A DNA stretch of 32,000 nucleotides from Candidatus Iainarchaeum sp. (GCA_038736825.1 JAVYME010000004.1:1-32000); one strand, 5' to 3'; positions 16,633-24,821 are shown, counted from the first letter of the stretch. The notes: generated by a model not told the origin, from the letters alone. Translations and numbers: made by a program.

Positions 16633-16985
16633 TGAACCAGGAAATTTTTGGCGGCACAATGCCTGTTGAATGGAGCCCGCTTGTTTTTATAGTGTCAATT
16701 GTTCTTGTCTCACTGGTAGTGGTTGTTGTCAGGTTTTTTGGAAAAAAAGACTTTGTTGACGGAAAGTTTAGGGCTGATGCATTTCTTTCAGGCAACAAAC
16801 CGGAAGAAAAACATGAAGTGAAGGCAAGCAATTTCTTTTGGGGCTTTTTTGAGGCATTAAAGGGATACTATGAAAAAATGCTTGCAATTCACACTGGCTT
16901 GCTCAACGATTACATTTTTTGGTTTGTTTTCTGTGTTTCACTCATATTGATAGCGCTTTACATGGGGGTGGCCTTGTGGGGATAG
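16632..16985 (+). CDS. mbhI: MbhI (small membrane subunit)
   Basis: 118 aa, 2 TM. Position and size match MbhI between the antiporter and hydrogenase modules. The start overlaps the mbhH stop. Confidence 0.65.
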   Translation: MNQEIFGGTMPVEWSPLVFIVSIVLVSLVVVVVRFFGKKDFVDGKFRADAFLSGNKPEEKHEVKASNFFWGFFEALKGYYEKMLAIHTGLLNDYIFWFVFCVSLILIALYMGVALWG

Positions 16986-17404
16986 ATTCCTTGAAAAGGT
17001 CGCTTTGGGTTTTTCATGTCAACAGTGGTTCCTGCAATGGTTGTGATATAGAGATAATTGCAGCTCTCACTCCAAGATATGATGCTGAAAGGTTTGGCAT
17101 AAAGCTTGTGGGAACCCCAAGGCATGCAGATGTATTGCTTGTCACAGGCCCTGTCACCAAGCAAATGAAGGAAGAAGTGTTGCGGGTTTACGCTCAAACC
17201 CCTCAACCGAAAGTGGTAATGGTTGTGGGCAATTGTGGAAGCACTGGCGGTGTTTTCTATGAATCCTACAACATTGACGGTCCAGTGAACAAATTGCTGC
17301 CAGTTGATGTTTATGTAACCGGCTGCCCTCCAAGGCCTGAGGCAATCATAGAGGGTGTTGTAAAGGCTTGGAAAAAACTAGAGTCTTTGGAGGCAAAAAA
17401 ATGA
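16976..17404 (+). CDS. mbhJ: MbhJ, [NiFe]-hydrogenase small subunit (NuoB-like, one 4Fe-4S)
   Basis: SLWVFHVNSGSCNGCDIE, GNCGSTGG and VTGCPPRPE supply the four cluster cysteines. GTG 16976 was chosen (GGGGGT upstream); the TTG at 16919 would add a non-homologous extension inside mbhI. Confidence 0.85.
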   Translation: MGIDSLKRSLWVFHVNSGSCNGCDIEIIAALTPRYDAERFGIKLVGTPRHADVLLVTGPVTKQMKEEVLRVYAQTPQPKVVMVVGNCGSTGGVFYESYNIDGPVNKLLPVDVYVTGCPPRPEAIIEGVVKAWKKLESLEAKK

Positions 17405-17910
17405 ATCCCGAACAGGTTTTGGAATCATTCAAAAAAGAATTTCCTGGAATTGAGATAAGGTTGGTTGAACAAGGCTCTGGCAAGCATAAAAAAGCCCAGG
17501 TTTGGGCTTTAGTCCAGCCAAAGGATTTCAAGAGAGCGGTGAAGCACTTGTTTGAATTGCAGGAATTTCCACATTTTTCTGTTTCTTCTGGAAGCGATAT
17601 TGGAAATGAAATTGAAATAATAAACCATTTTGTGCTCAATTATGGAGAAAAAGAACCACAAATTCCATTCAATCTTAAAGTGAGGCTGCCAAAGGAAAAC
17701 CCTGAAATGGAAACAATAACTGATCTTTTTCCAAGCGCAATCATTTCAGAACAGGAAAAAATGGAAATGCTGGGAATAAAAATTTCCGGAATTCCAAAGA
17801 AAAGGGTTTTCACTGATGACAGCATGCCTTCAGGCGTGTTCCCCTGGAGAAAGGATGGAAAAGGCGCTGAAAAAATAGCAAGGAATGTCCATGAAGGTGG
17901 CAAGAAATGA
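17401..17910 (+). CDS. mbhK: MbhK (NuoC-like subunit)
   Basis: About 170 aa soluble subunit in the expected position. ATGA overlap with the mbhJ stop. Confidence 0.75.
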   Translation: MNPEQVLESFKKEFPGIEIRLVEQGSGKHKKAQVWALVQPKDFKRAVKHLFELQEFPHFSVSSGSDIGNEIEIINHFVLNYGEKEPQIPFNLKVRLPKENPEMETITDLFPSAIISEQEKMEMLGIKISGIPKKRVFTDDSMPSGVFPWRKDGKGAEKIARNVHEGGKK

Positions 17911-19130
17911 ACAAACAGTTTGAATTGTGCGTTGGACCAATACATCCAGCCCTAAAAGAACCAATAAAACTGGATTTTCAAGTTGAAGGCGAGCGCGTTA
18001 AAGGGGTTTCTTTCAGTTTAGGGCAAGTGCACCGTGCAATAGAGTGGGCTGCAACAAAAAGAAACCCGATACAGGTTCTTTACATGGCGGAAAGAATTTG
18101 CGGGATTTGCAATATGTGCCATCCGATGGCTTTCAGCATGGCAATTGAAAGCGCTGCAGGCATTGAAGTGCCAGAGAGAGCTGAATTCATTCGCACAATA
18201 AACGCTGAACTTGAAAGAATCCACTCGCACATTTTGTGGGCTGGAGTTGCAGCGCACGAGCTGGGCTTTGACTCCCTAATGCATTATACTTGGCGCGTCA
18301 GAGAAAAAGTCTTAGACATAATAGAATACTTGAATGGAAACAGAATCACAAAAGGGGTTCTCATGATTGGCGGCGTGAGAAGGGACATTCCAGAAAAAGA
18401 CTTTGCAAAAGTCAGGGAAGCACTAAACTATTACAAGGAATTGTACGCAAAACTTGAAAGCATTCTGTTAAAGGACCGCTCAATAATGGCAAGAACAAGG
18501 GAAATCGGCATTCTCACAAAAAAGGACGCTCTTGAATTGTGCGCTGTGGGCCCAACAGCAAGAGCCTCAGGAGTAAAAAAAGACATTAGAGTGGACTGGC
18601 CTTATGCAGCCTATCCCGAGCTTGAAATTGAACCCATAACCCCTGAAAGCGCTGGATTCAAGGCAACCGGTGACACTTATGACAGGATTGTGGTGAGATT
18701 GCTTGAAATAAAACAATCAATTGAATTGATAGAGCAATGCTTGGACAAAATGAAGCCAGGACCGATTCTTGCAGAACCTGTTCTCCAAAAACTGTTAGTG
18801 CAATTAAAGACAGTTCAAGGCGAGGGCGTTGCATTCCAGGAAGCCCCGAGGGGAGAACTAATACACTACATTAAAATGACAGGACAGGAAGCACCTTATG
18901 CTTGGAAAGTCAGAGCGCCCACTTATGCAAACCTGCCTCCCTTAGTGCCAATGCTTTCTGAATGCGAAATAGCCGACATTCCAATAATTGTGGCATCAAT
19001 AGATCCCTGCATGTCGTGCACAAACCGCGCCATAATAACTGACAAAAACAATTCAATGCTTTCAATGGAAGAACTCAGAGAGTTAAGCATTAAAAAAACC
19101 CTGAAAATGCAAAAGGAGGCATTGAAATGA
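17907..19130 (+). CDS. mbhL: MbhL, [NiFe]-hydrogenase catalytic large subunit (NuoD-like)
   Basis: N-terminal Ni-Fe ligand motif ERICGICNMCH and C-terminal IDPCMSCTNR, so all four cysteines are present. These are followed by a 33-aa C-terminal extension (AIITDKNN...KEALK). Confidence 0.92.
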   Translation: MNKQFELCVGPIHPALKEPIKLDFQVEGERVKGVSFSLGQVHRAIEWAATKRNPIQVLYMAERICGICNMCHPMAFSMAIESAAGIEVPERAEFIRTINAELERIHSHILWAGVAAHELGFDSLMHYTWRVREKVLDIIEYLNGNRITKGVLMIGGVRRDIPEKDFAKVREALNYYKELYAKLESILLKDRSIMARTREIGILTKKDALELCAVGPTARASGVKKDIRVDWPYAAYPELEIEPITPESAGFKATGDTYDRIVVRLLEIKQSIELIEQCLDKMKPGPILAEPVLQKLLVQLKTVQGEGVAFQEAPRGELIHYIKMTGQEAPYAWKVRAPTYANLPPLVPMLSECEIADIPIIVASIDPCMSCTNRAIITDKNNSMLSMEELRELSIKKTLKMQKEALK

Positions 19131-20137
19131 ATGCTTTGCCATTATTGCTCGCACAGTTTTTGCTTATACCAGTGCTTGCCATAACAGGCATTTTTCTAGG
19201 ATTGCTTTTTAGGGGAATTGACAGAAAGCTTGGGGCAAAAATGCAGGCACGCGTTGGCCCGCCAATAATACAGCCCTTTTTGGACTTGAAAAAGCTTTTA
19301 ATAAAGGAAAACATTGTGCCAAAGCACGCCATAAGCTGGATTTTCAATTCAATGCCGGTGATAGCACTTGTTTCAGCGCTTTTGCTTTTACTTTACATTC
19401 CCTTGTTTGGCTTTGCACCACTTCTCAAAGGCTATGGAGACCTAATCCTTGTAATGTACCTGTTAATGGTTCCAGCCCTTGCACTCGCCATAGGCGGTTT
19501 TTCCTCGGGTTCAACCTATGCCTCTGTTGGAGCGCAAAGAGAGCTTGTTTTAATGATGAGTTACGAGTTTGCGCTTGCCATAGTGATTGTCACAATTGCA
19601 TTCATTTCTTCCATTGCCAACCCGCTTTCAAATGCATTTTCTCTTGAAACAGTCTCTGAAACACCAATATGGGAGCTTGTAGGGCCAGTTGGCTCAATTG
19701 GTGTTTTCCTATTGCTTTTAGCCCTAATGCTTGTAATGCCAGTAGAGCTTGGAAGAATCCCTGGAGACATTGCAGAAGCCAAAACCGAAATAGCGGACGG
19801 CGTGCTCGTGGAATACAGCGGCCGCAATCTAGCACTTTTCAACCTGGCACAGGATGTGAGAACAATTGCTTTTGCAGCACTAGTGGTGGCGCTTTTCTTT
19901 CCTTACAATTTTTCACCCAGCATTGCAATTCTTGGTTTTCCAATAGAAGTGATTGCCAATGCTGCCTTTTTCCTTGTAAAGCTTTTCATTGTGGTTTTTG
20001 CTGGCTCAATTTTTGTGCATGTTGCAGTGGCAAGGTTTAAGGTTGACCAAGCAGCAAAAGCCTATTGGGGGCCAGTGCTCACTGTAGCACTTGCTGGAAT
20101 GGCAATTGCAATTTATGGAACAACAATGGTGGTTTGA
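19127..20137 (+). CDS. mbhM: MbhM (NuoH-like membrane subunit)
   Basis: 8 TM with DRKLGAKMQARVGPP and EAKTEIADGVLVEYSG, the NuoH/HycD signatures. ATGA overlap with the upstream gene. Confidence 0.88.
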   Translation: MNALPLLLAQFLLIPVLAITGIFLGLLFRGIDRKLGAKMQARVGPPIIQPFLDLKKLLIKENIVPKHAISWIFNSMPVIALVSALLLLLYIPLFGFAPLLKGYGDLILVMYLLMVPALALAIGGFSSGSTYASVGAQRELVLMMSYEFALAIVIVTIAFISSIANPLSNAFSLETVSETPIWELVGPVGSIGVFLLLLALMLVMPVELGRIPGDIAEAKTEIADGVLVEYSGRNLALFNLAQDVRTIAFAALVVALFFPYNFSPSIAILGFPIEVIANAAFFLVKLFIVVFAGSIFVHVAVARFKVDQAAKAYWGPVLTVALAGMAIAIYGTTMVV

Positions 20138-20138
20138 A

Positions 20139-20633
20139 ATGGGAATGGCATTTGAACTTTTAAAGCAAATGTTCAAAAAAAGCGCTACAAACAAGTTTCC
20201 GGTAAAGTATGCTCCAAAATCCACAACAAAGCTCTTGGAAAAAGTTGAAAAGGGAGAAATGAAAATTAACCCGCCAATAGCAACACCCCCCAATTTTAGG
20301 GGAAGGCTTTCCTATCAAAGAGAAAAATGCATTTTGTGCAGGCAATGCATTAGAGTGTGCCCTGCAGCTGCACTTGAATTCGACCAGCCATCAAATTCAA
20401 TCAAGCATTATGCCGCAAGATGCACTTTTTGCGCTCAATGCGTTGACATCTGTCCCACAAAATGCCTTGCAATGACAGACGAATTCTTGCTTTCAGCTTA
20501 CGATACAAGCTTGGGCTTTGCTTTGCCAAAAAAAGAGCCATTGAAAACAGAACAAACAGAGGAAAAAGAAGAAAAGCCAGAGCAAAAAAAAGCAAAACCA
20601 AAAGCCAAAAAAAATGCAAAAAAGAAAAAATGA
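20139..20633 (+). CDS. mbhN: MbhN (NuoI-like 2x[4Fe-4S] ferredoxin subunit) with a Lys/Glu-rich C-terminal tail
   Basis: CILCRQCIRVCP and CTFCAQCVDICP. ATG 20139 lies 1 nt after the mbhM stop. The last ~45 aa are low complexity (KKEPLKTEQTEEKEEKPEQKKAKPKAKKNAKKKK). Confidence 0.88.
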   Translation: MGMAFELLKQMFKKSATNKFPVKYAPKSTTKLLEKVEKGEMKINPPIATPPNFRGRLSYQREKCILCRQCIRVCPAAALEFDQPSNSIKHYAARCTFCAQCVDICPTKCLAMTDEFLLSAYDTSLGFALPKKEPLKTEQTEEKEEKPEQKKAKPKAKKNAKKKK

Positions 20634-20634
20634 C

Positions 20635-21105
20635 TCACAACAGTTCTATTTCTTTCAGTCTGCCCTCTTTCAACAAGCAAATAAGCCTTCTTGCAGCATC
20701 TGTTGCTTGCGGGCTAAGCTTGTTTAAATGCCAACCATTATTGGGCTGAATTCCGACAATAACAATCTCTTCAACATAAGGCTCTATTTGCGAAACAGTC
20801 TGTGAAACCGGAAGCGAATGCGTTGAATAAAACAAAGAATTCGCTTTAGCCTTGTCTATGCGCCGGATTTCGCCTGGAGAAAGCCCCATTTCCGCAGCAT
20901 CCACTAAAACCAGCAAAGAAGGCCTTTCCCTTTTAATCAAGCCAATAAAGTTTTCAAGAGCAGCTCCAGCATTAACTGAAAGCCAGTCCCGTTCACTGAA
21001 ATTGTCAGCAATCACGCAGCCGACTGCATCATCGCCGTTCAATTCTTGACCCATGCCCACAAGCATGCACATTTTTCTGGTTTCATTATAAGACTCAAAT
21101 TTCAT
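20635..21105 (-). CDS. hycI: hydrogenase maturation endopeptidase (HycI/HybD family)
   Basis: MLVGMGQELNGDDAVG (GxGNxxxGDDxxG-type motif) and downstream VLVDAAEMG. ATGA overlap with hypA. Confidence 0.85.
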   Translation of the reverse strand: MKFESYNETRKMCMLVGMGQELNGDDAVGCVIADNFSERDWLSVNAGAALENFIGLIKRERPSLLVLVDAAEMGLSPGEIRRIDKAKANSLFYSTHSLPVSQTVSQIEPYVEEIVIVGIQPNNGWHLNKLSPQATDAARRLICLLKEGRLKEIELL

Positions 21106-21458
21106 TCAAAAACCACTCTTTTCACTTTTCGCCCTGTTCCACCGGAAAGCATTGCTTTTTCACCGCAAACAGGGCAATCCAAAAAAAGAGCTTCAGAAAA
21201 CTCGGCTTCCTTTCTCCATTCGCTTTCATGGCCGTTCAAGCACTTTATTTTCGGTTTTTCAATTTCAATTTTTATCCTGGCTTTTTCGGCAATAGTGCCC
21301 TCTGAAACCACTTTAAAAGCCTCTGTTAGTTCCTCTGCAGTAACATCCGCTATTTCGCCCAGTTCAATCACAATCTCTTTTATTTTTCCAGCTCTGGCTT
21401 TTTTGGCTTCTGCCAGCGCGTCACCCAAAAGCTTTCTTGCAATCCCAAACTCGTGCAT
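21102..21458 (-). CDS. hypA: hydrogenase nickel-incorporation protein HypA
   Basis: N-terminal MHEFGIA (Ni-binding MHE motif), 118 aa, zinc site KCLNGHE...CPVCGE. The first CxxC appears as C-x3-H. Confidence 0.9.
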   Translation of the reverse strand: MHEFGIARKLLGDALAEAKKARAGKIKEIVIELGEIADVTAEELTEAFKVVSEGTIAEKARIKIEIEKPKIKCLNGHESEWRKEAEFSEALFLDCPVCGEKAMLSGGTGRKVKRVVFE

Positions 21459-21569
21459 TTCAAAATAGTGTTATTGAATGTTTTTTATTCTTTTTCAAGT
21501 CAAAAAAAGCCAACAAAGAAAATTTAAATATTGTTCGGTTCAAATAATTGCATTCGCTGGTGGTTGGGA

Positions 21570-22274
21570 ATGGAAGACCTGCTAATGCCTTTTCGAAGAA
21601 ACAGCAAAGTTAAAGAAGAGGCAAAAGAAGAAATAAAGGACCATGTTGGCACCGACCTTGCAATGGAACACAGGGCAAAGGCAAGGATAAGGGAAGCCGA
21701 CCTAGAATTTGAAAAAGCTTTCGCAGAAGTGATGGGTATTCCCTTCAAGCCAAAAAAACTCCCAGAGGAAGAGGAACCCCCAGCCGCTGAAGAAATGCCA
21801 TGCCCAGAAAAAAAGCAAAGCGACCAAAAACAGTCAGACCTGAAAGCAATAGTTGAAATGGCAAAAAAGGAAAAAGAACCAATAATTCAAGAAAGCCAAA
21901 AAGAAGAAGAAAAAAAAGAAATAGTCCAAAAAGTAATTGCTGAAATGAAGGCAAACGCAGTTGCAAGAGATGGCAGTGAAACCAAAGAAGAATTGGAAGA
22001 AAAGGAGGTTGACCCGGAATTGAAAAAAAAGCAGCAGGCTAAATGGGCGACTTTTAATTTCTGGTATTCTGACAGAAACGCATCCTCCTACGCAGAATTC
22101 AAAGATGCAATAAAAGCCATAGGCAACCAATCACTGGAACACCACGCCCGCAACAACGATTTCTCAAAGTATTTGCGCGAATTCTATGACAAAAAAACAG
22201 CCGACAAAATAGAATACCTGGAAAACTCGTTCAGGGGCGAAGAACTGCGATCAAGAATCCTCAAAACGCTCTAA
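21570..22274 (+). CDS. Lys/Glu-rich hypothetical protein with a conserved-looking C-terminal ~75-aa domain (DUF5752-like?)
   Basis: Long low-complexity K/E/P/Q region, then WATFNFWYSDRNASSYAEFKDAIKAIGNQSLEHHARNNDFSKYLREFY. A TATA-like TTTAAATA at about 21524 favours ATG 21570 over TTG 21531. Confidence 0.5.
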   Translation: MEDLLMPFRRNSKVKEEAKEEIKDHVGTDLAMEHRAKARIREADLEFEKAFAEVMGIPFKPKKLPEEEEPPAAEEMPCPEKKQSDQKQSDLKAIVEMAKKEKEPIIQESQKEEEKKEIVQKVIAEMKANAVARDGSETKEELEEKEVDPELKKKQQAKWATFNFWYSDRNASSYAEFKDAIKAIGNQSLEHHARNNDFSKYLREFYDKKTADKIEYLENSFRGEELRSRILKTL

Positions 22275-22332
22275 AAAGAAAGCCAAAAACAGCGATTGCA
22301 AGTTTTTTATTACTTTTCCCGCAAAATTTTTT

Positions 22333-22824
22333 ATGGCTGAATTTTGCAAAAAAAACAGGGAAAAAAAGATTTTCATTTCATGGAAAAAGTTTGACTCATT
22401 ATGCAGGCAACTCGCAAAACAGGTTGAAAAAGAATTCAAGCCAGAACTGATTGTTGCAATTTCAAGGGGCGGCCTTGTGCCTGCACAAATAATATCGCAT
22501 TGCATAAAGAACAGCGAATTATATGTCATAAAAGCAGACTATTACAAGGATGACACTGCAAAAAAAGACATGAAATGGAACACAGAGCCGCTCATAACCC
22601 AAAAACTCGACAGGCAAGTGGAAGGCAAGAAAATCCTTGTAGTGGACGAAGTGACAGATTCGGGTGCAACAGCACTAATGGTGAAAAAATACATAGATTC
22701 GCTTAAGCCGGGGGAAGCACGCTACCTCACAGTCCATTGGAAGCCATGGAGCAAGTTCAAGCCACACTATTTCGCTGAAGAGGCTGATGGCTGGATAGTG
22801 TATCCTTGGGCAAAAAAAGACTGA
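22333..22824 (+). CDS. purine phosphoribosyltransferase (Hpt/Gpt-like type I PRTase)
   Basis: PRPP-binding motif KILVVDEVTDSGAT. N-terminal ISW..F...C..LA and AISRGGLVPA are typical of xanthine-guanine/hypoxanthine PRTases. Confidence 0.8.
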   Translation: MAEFCKKNREKKIFISWKKFDSLCRQLAKQVEKEFKPELIVAISRGGLVPAQIISHCIKNSELYVIKADYYKDDTAKKDMKWNTEPLITQKLDRQVEGKKILVVDEVTDSGATALMVKKYIDSLKPGEARYLTVHWKPWSKFKPHYFAEEADGWIVYPWAKKD

Positions 22825-22898
22825 ATTGAATTAAACAGCAAATCCAAAAAAAATTGAATTCTGTTGTTTAATGCAATAAAAACATTTTTAGCAGTCTT

Positions 22899-23852
22899 TC
22901 ACTTTGCCAGTTCTTCAAAGCCAACATGTTTTAGTGCTGCTTTGTGACTATAACCCATGCTGCGCCGATGCAAATAACGCCATCTCTTCTTTTTTGGCAG
23001 GTTCAAGAAAACCCACTGGCCTATCTGGTCTCCCACAGCCCTAGTCCAGCCTGCCTCTGAAAAGGTTTTTTCTTTTTTATCCCAAACCGCCTTTCTGTCA
23101 AAATCCCGCAATGCCGGGCTTTTTATTTTTTTGTTTGGTTTCAAAAACTTGCGCTCCAAGCAATAAAGCCTGTCTGCAGCCTGCGCAAAAGGCACATCCA
23201 CCTTTATTACGCCAAGCTTTTGCAAAACATGCACTGTTTCATGGATTGGACTGCTCTTTGAATACTTGTCATTACGCCAGCCTTTCGTGAAATAAATTTT
23301 GCCAGTGTTATCCTGCATTAGTGCGGGATAGATTTCCCCCTTCCTTTTAATGTAGCGATACAATTCCATTGCCTCTTCCCACATTTCGGTAAGGTCATGA
23401 CTGTTCTCTTCAAGCACAGCGCTAACCGAAAGAGTTTTGCCAGTAATCAGGTTTTTCACGCGCCAGCGCACAACATCCTTTTTTTTCTTTGGCAAGCCGT
23501 TAGTGAAGACGTCAATTGCAAAATCCATTTGCCTTTCTATTTCCCTCAAGTCGGCTTTGGAAAGCTTGCCACCGTAAAGCCTTTCCCTAAGGCTTGGCAC
23601 AGGCAGTTTTGTCCTGCCATTTCTTGCCTTTGCCTCTTCCTTCCAAGCCCTGCTCAAAAAACCAGCCAGCAATTCTTTTACGGTTTCAGACCTAGAATCA
23701 GGGGGAATGTCTGAAGAACCAAAAGAGTCATCCAGAGAATGCTCTTTTTGAGAAACAGGTATGCTAGCCCTTTTTTTCCTGATTGCCATAAAAGAAAACC
23801 GGTAAATCAAACCCCTAAAAAAAACTGCAATTCCAATAATAAAATATAACAA
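22899..23852 (-). CDS. hypothetical membrane-anchored protein with an HExxH motif (possible zinc metallopeptidase)
   Basis: N-terminal TM helix (MLYFIIGIAVFFRGLIY) and SPIHETVHVLQKLG (HETVH = HExxH). Lies 3 nt downstream of the DedA-like gene. Confidence 0.4.
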   Translation of the reverse strand: MLYFIIGIAVFFRGLIYRFSFMAIRKKRASIPVSQKEHSLDDSFGSSDIPPDSRSETVKELLAGFLSRAWKEEAKARNGRTKLPVPSLRERLYGGKLSKADLREIERQMDFAIDVFTNGLPKKKKDVVRWRVKNLITGKTLSVSAVLEENSHDLTEMWEEAMELYRYIKRKGEIYPALMQDNTGKIYFTKGWRNDKYSKSSPIHETVHVLQKLGVIKVDVPFAQAADRLYCLERKFLKPNKKIKSPALRDFDRKAVWDKKEKTFSEAGWTRAVGDQIGQWVFLNLPKKKRWRYLHRRSMGYSHKAALKHVGFEELAK

Positions 23853-23855
23853 TGT

Positions 23856-24551
23856 TTAAATAGTTTTACTTGCCTTTCCCCTTCCGCGTTTTCTTCCCTG
23901 CTTTACAACAGACTGCGAATTTTCCAATTGTTGACCTGCAAATGTGGACTCCGCAAGTCTTTTAGCCTGCTTGCCCACCTGCTTCCAGTCCACAAAAATC
24001 AAAAGAGCTGCTGCAACAATCCCCAAAACATCAAAAAAAAGCTTCAAAGAATCAGTGCTGCCAGGCCCTGCAGACTGCTCTACTGCTGCAAAAAGCCCGT
24101 GGGATAATACTACAAGGGCAAAATAGGACAAAAGCCTGCCGCAAAAAAAACCAACCAAAAGCAGTCTCACCTTTATTTTTGTAAGCCCGCTTGCCACGAA
24201 AAGCAGGTTGCTTGGAATCGGGCTGAGGGCAAAAAGGAAAGAGCCTATGAAAATAGCGCCCTCTCTTTGGTCGAAAAAGGCTTTTATTTCCGCAGCGTTT
24301 TTTGCTAACTCCTTGTTAAAAAAGCGCCTGAAAAAACCGCTGTAAAAAGTCAGAACTGCTCTCCCGCAAGTAGAGCAAACTGCGCCCACAAATGCTAAAA
24401 GGAATGGATTGAAGGAAGGATCATTGATTTTTGCAAGCGACAAAACAACCCACGTTGGAGGCATCAATGCCGGCATAATGTTTAGAAAAAAAACCAGGAT
24501 GCCCAAGGAAACATAATCAGCCATAAAAGAAACCCAAATCAAGCAATCCAA
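23856..24551 (-). CDS. DedA/VTT (SNARE-associated, YqaA-like) family membrane protein with a basic C-terminal tail
   Basis: 5-6 TM. LNIMPALMPPTWVVLSLA, GRAVLTFYSG and ALSPIPSNLLFVASGLTKI resemble the VTT domain. Tail: KQGRKRGRGKASKTI. Confidence 0.65.
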   Translation of the reverse strand: MDCLIWVSFMADYVSLGILVFFLNIMPALMPPTWVVLSLAKINDPSFNPFLLAFVGAVCSTCGRAVLTFYSGFFRRFFNKELAKNAAEIKAFFDQREGAIFIGSFLFALSPIPSNLLFVASGLTKIKVRLLLVGFFCGRLLSYFALVVLSHGLFAAVEQSAGPGSTDSLKLFFDVLGIVAAALLIFVDWKQVGKQAKRLAESTFAGQQLENSQSVVKQGRKRGRGKASKTI

Positions 24552-24625
24552 TATAATACCATCATTAGACTATTTAAAACCTGTCAAGAGAAAGATTTAA
24601 AACCATCAAGCACGTATAATTTATC

Positions 24626-24763
24626 ATGGCGAGGCGGGCTAGAAGTGTTGGAATGCGCAAGCCAACAAAAACAAGCTTAATCCAAAGGGCTTTGGGAAGA
24701 GCCTTGGGCGGAGTCTATCCACTGGACAAGGTTGCACGCAGCAAAATAGCACGCAAAAAATGA
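24626..24763 (+). CDS. 45-aa very basic hypothetical protein (MARRARSVGMRKPTKTSLIQRALGRALGGVYPLDKVARSKIARKK)
   Basis: ATG-to-TGA ORF below the track cutoff. A TATA-like ATTTAAAA is centred about 27 nt upstream, so the transcript is probably leaderless. The composition resembles small ribosomal or nucleic-acid-binding proteins, but I do not recognise the family. Confidence 0.35.
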   Translation: MARRARSVGMRKPTKTSLIQRALGRALGGVYPLDKVARSKIARKK

Positions 24764-24821
24764 TTTTTTCCAGTCAACTCAAAAAAAGCCCATTAAAAAA
24801 GATTCCAGTGCTAATTTTTAT

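Noticed and set aside
16919-16975. TTG start at 16919 for MbhJ
   Set aside because: It would add 19 non-homologous residues entirely inside mbhI. NuoB-like homology begins at SLWVFHVNSGSCNGCD, and GTG 16976 has a G-rich SD-like element and the usual short overlap.
17907-19130. Alternative reading of the 14-gene cluster as Mbx/Mbs (sulfur/polysulfide reductase) or as a bare Mrp antiporter plus complex I remnant
   Set aside because: The large subunit has both CxxC Ni-Fe ligand pairs. Dedicated maturation genes (hypC, hypA, hycI) flank the operon. Mbx-type large subunits lack part of this cysteine set.
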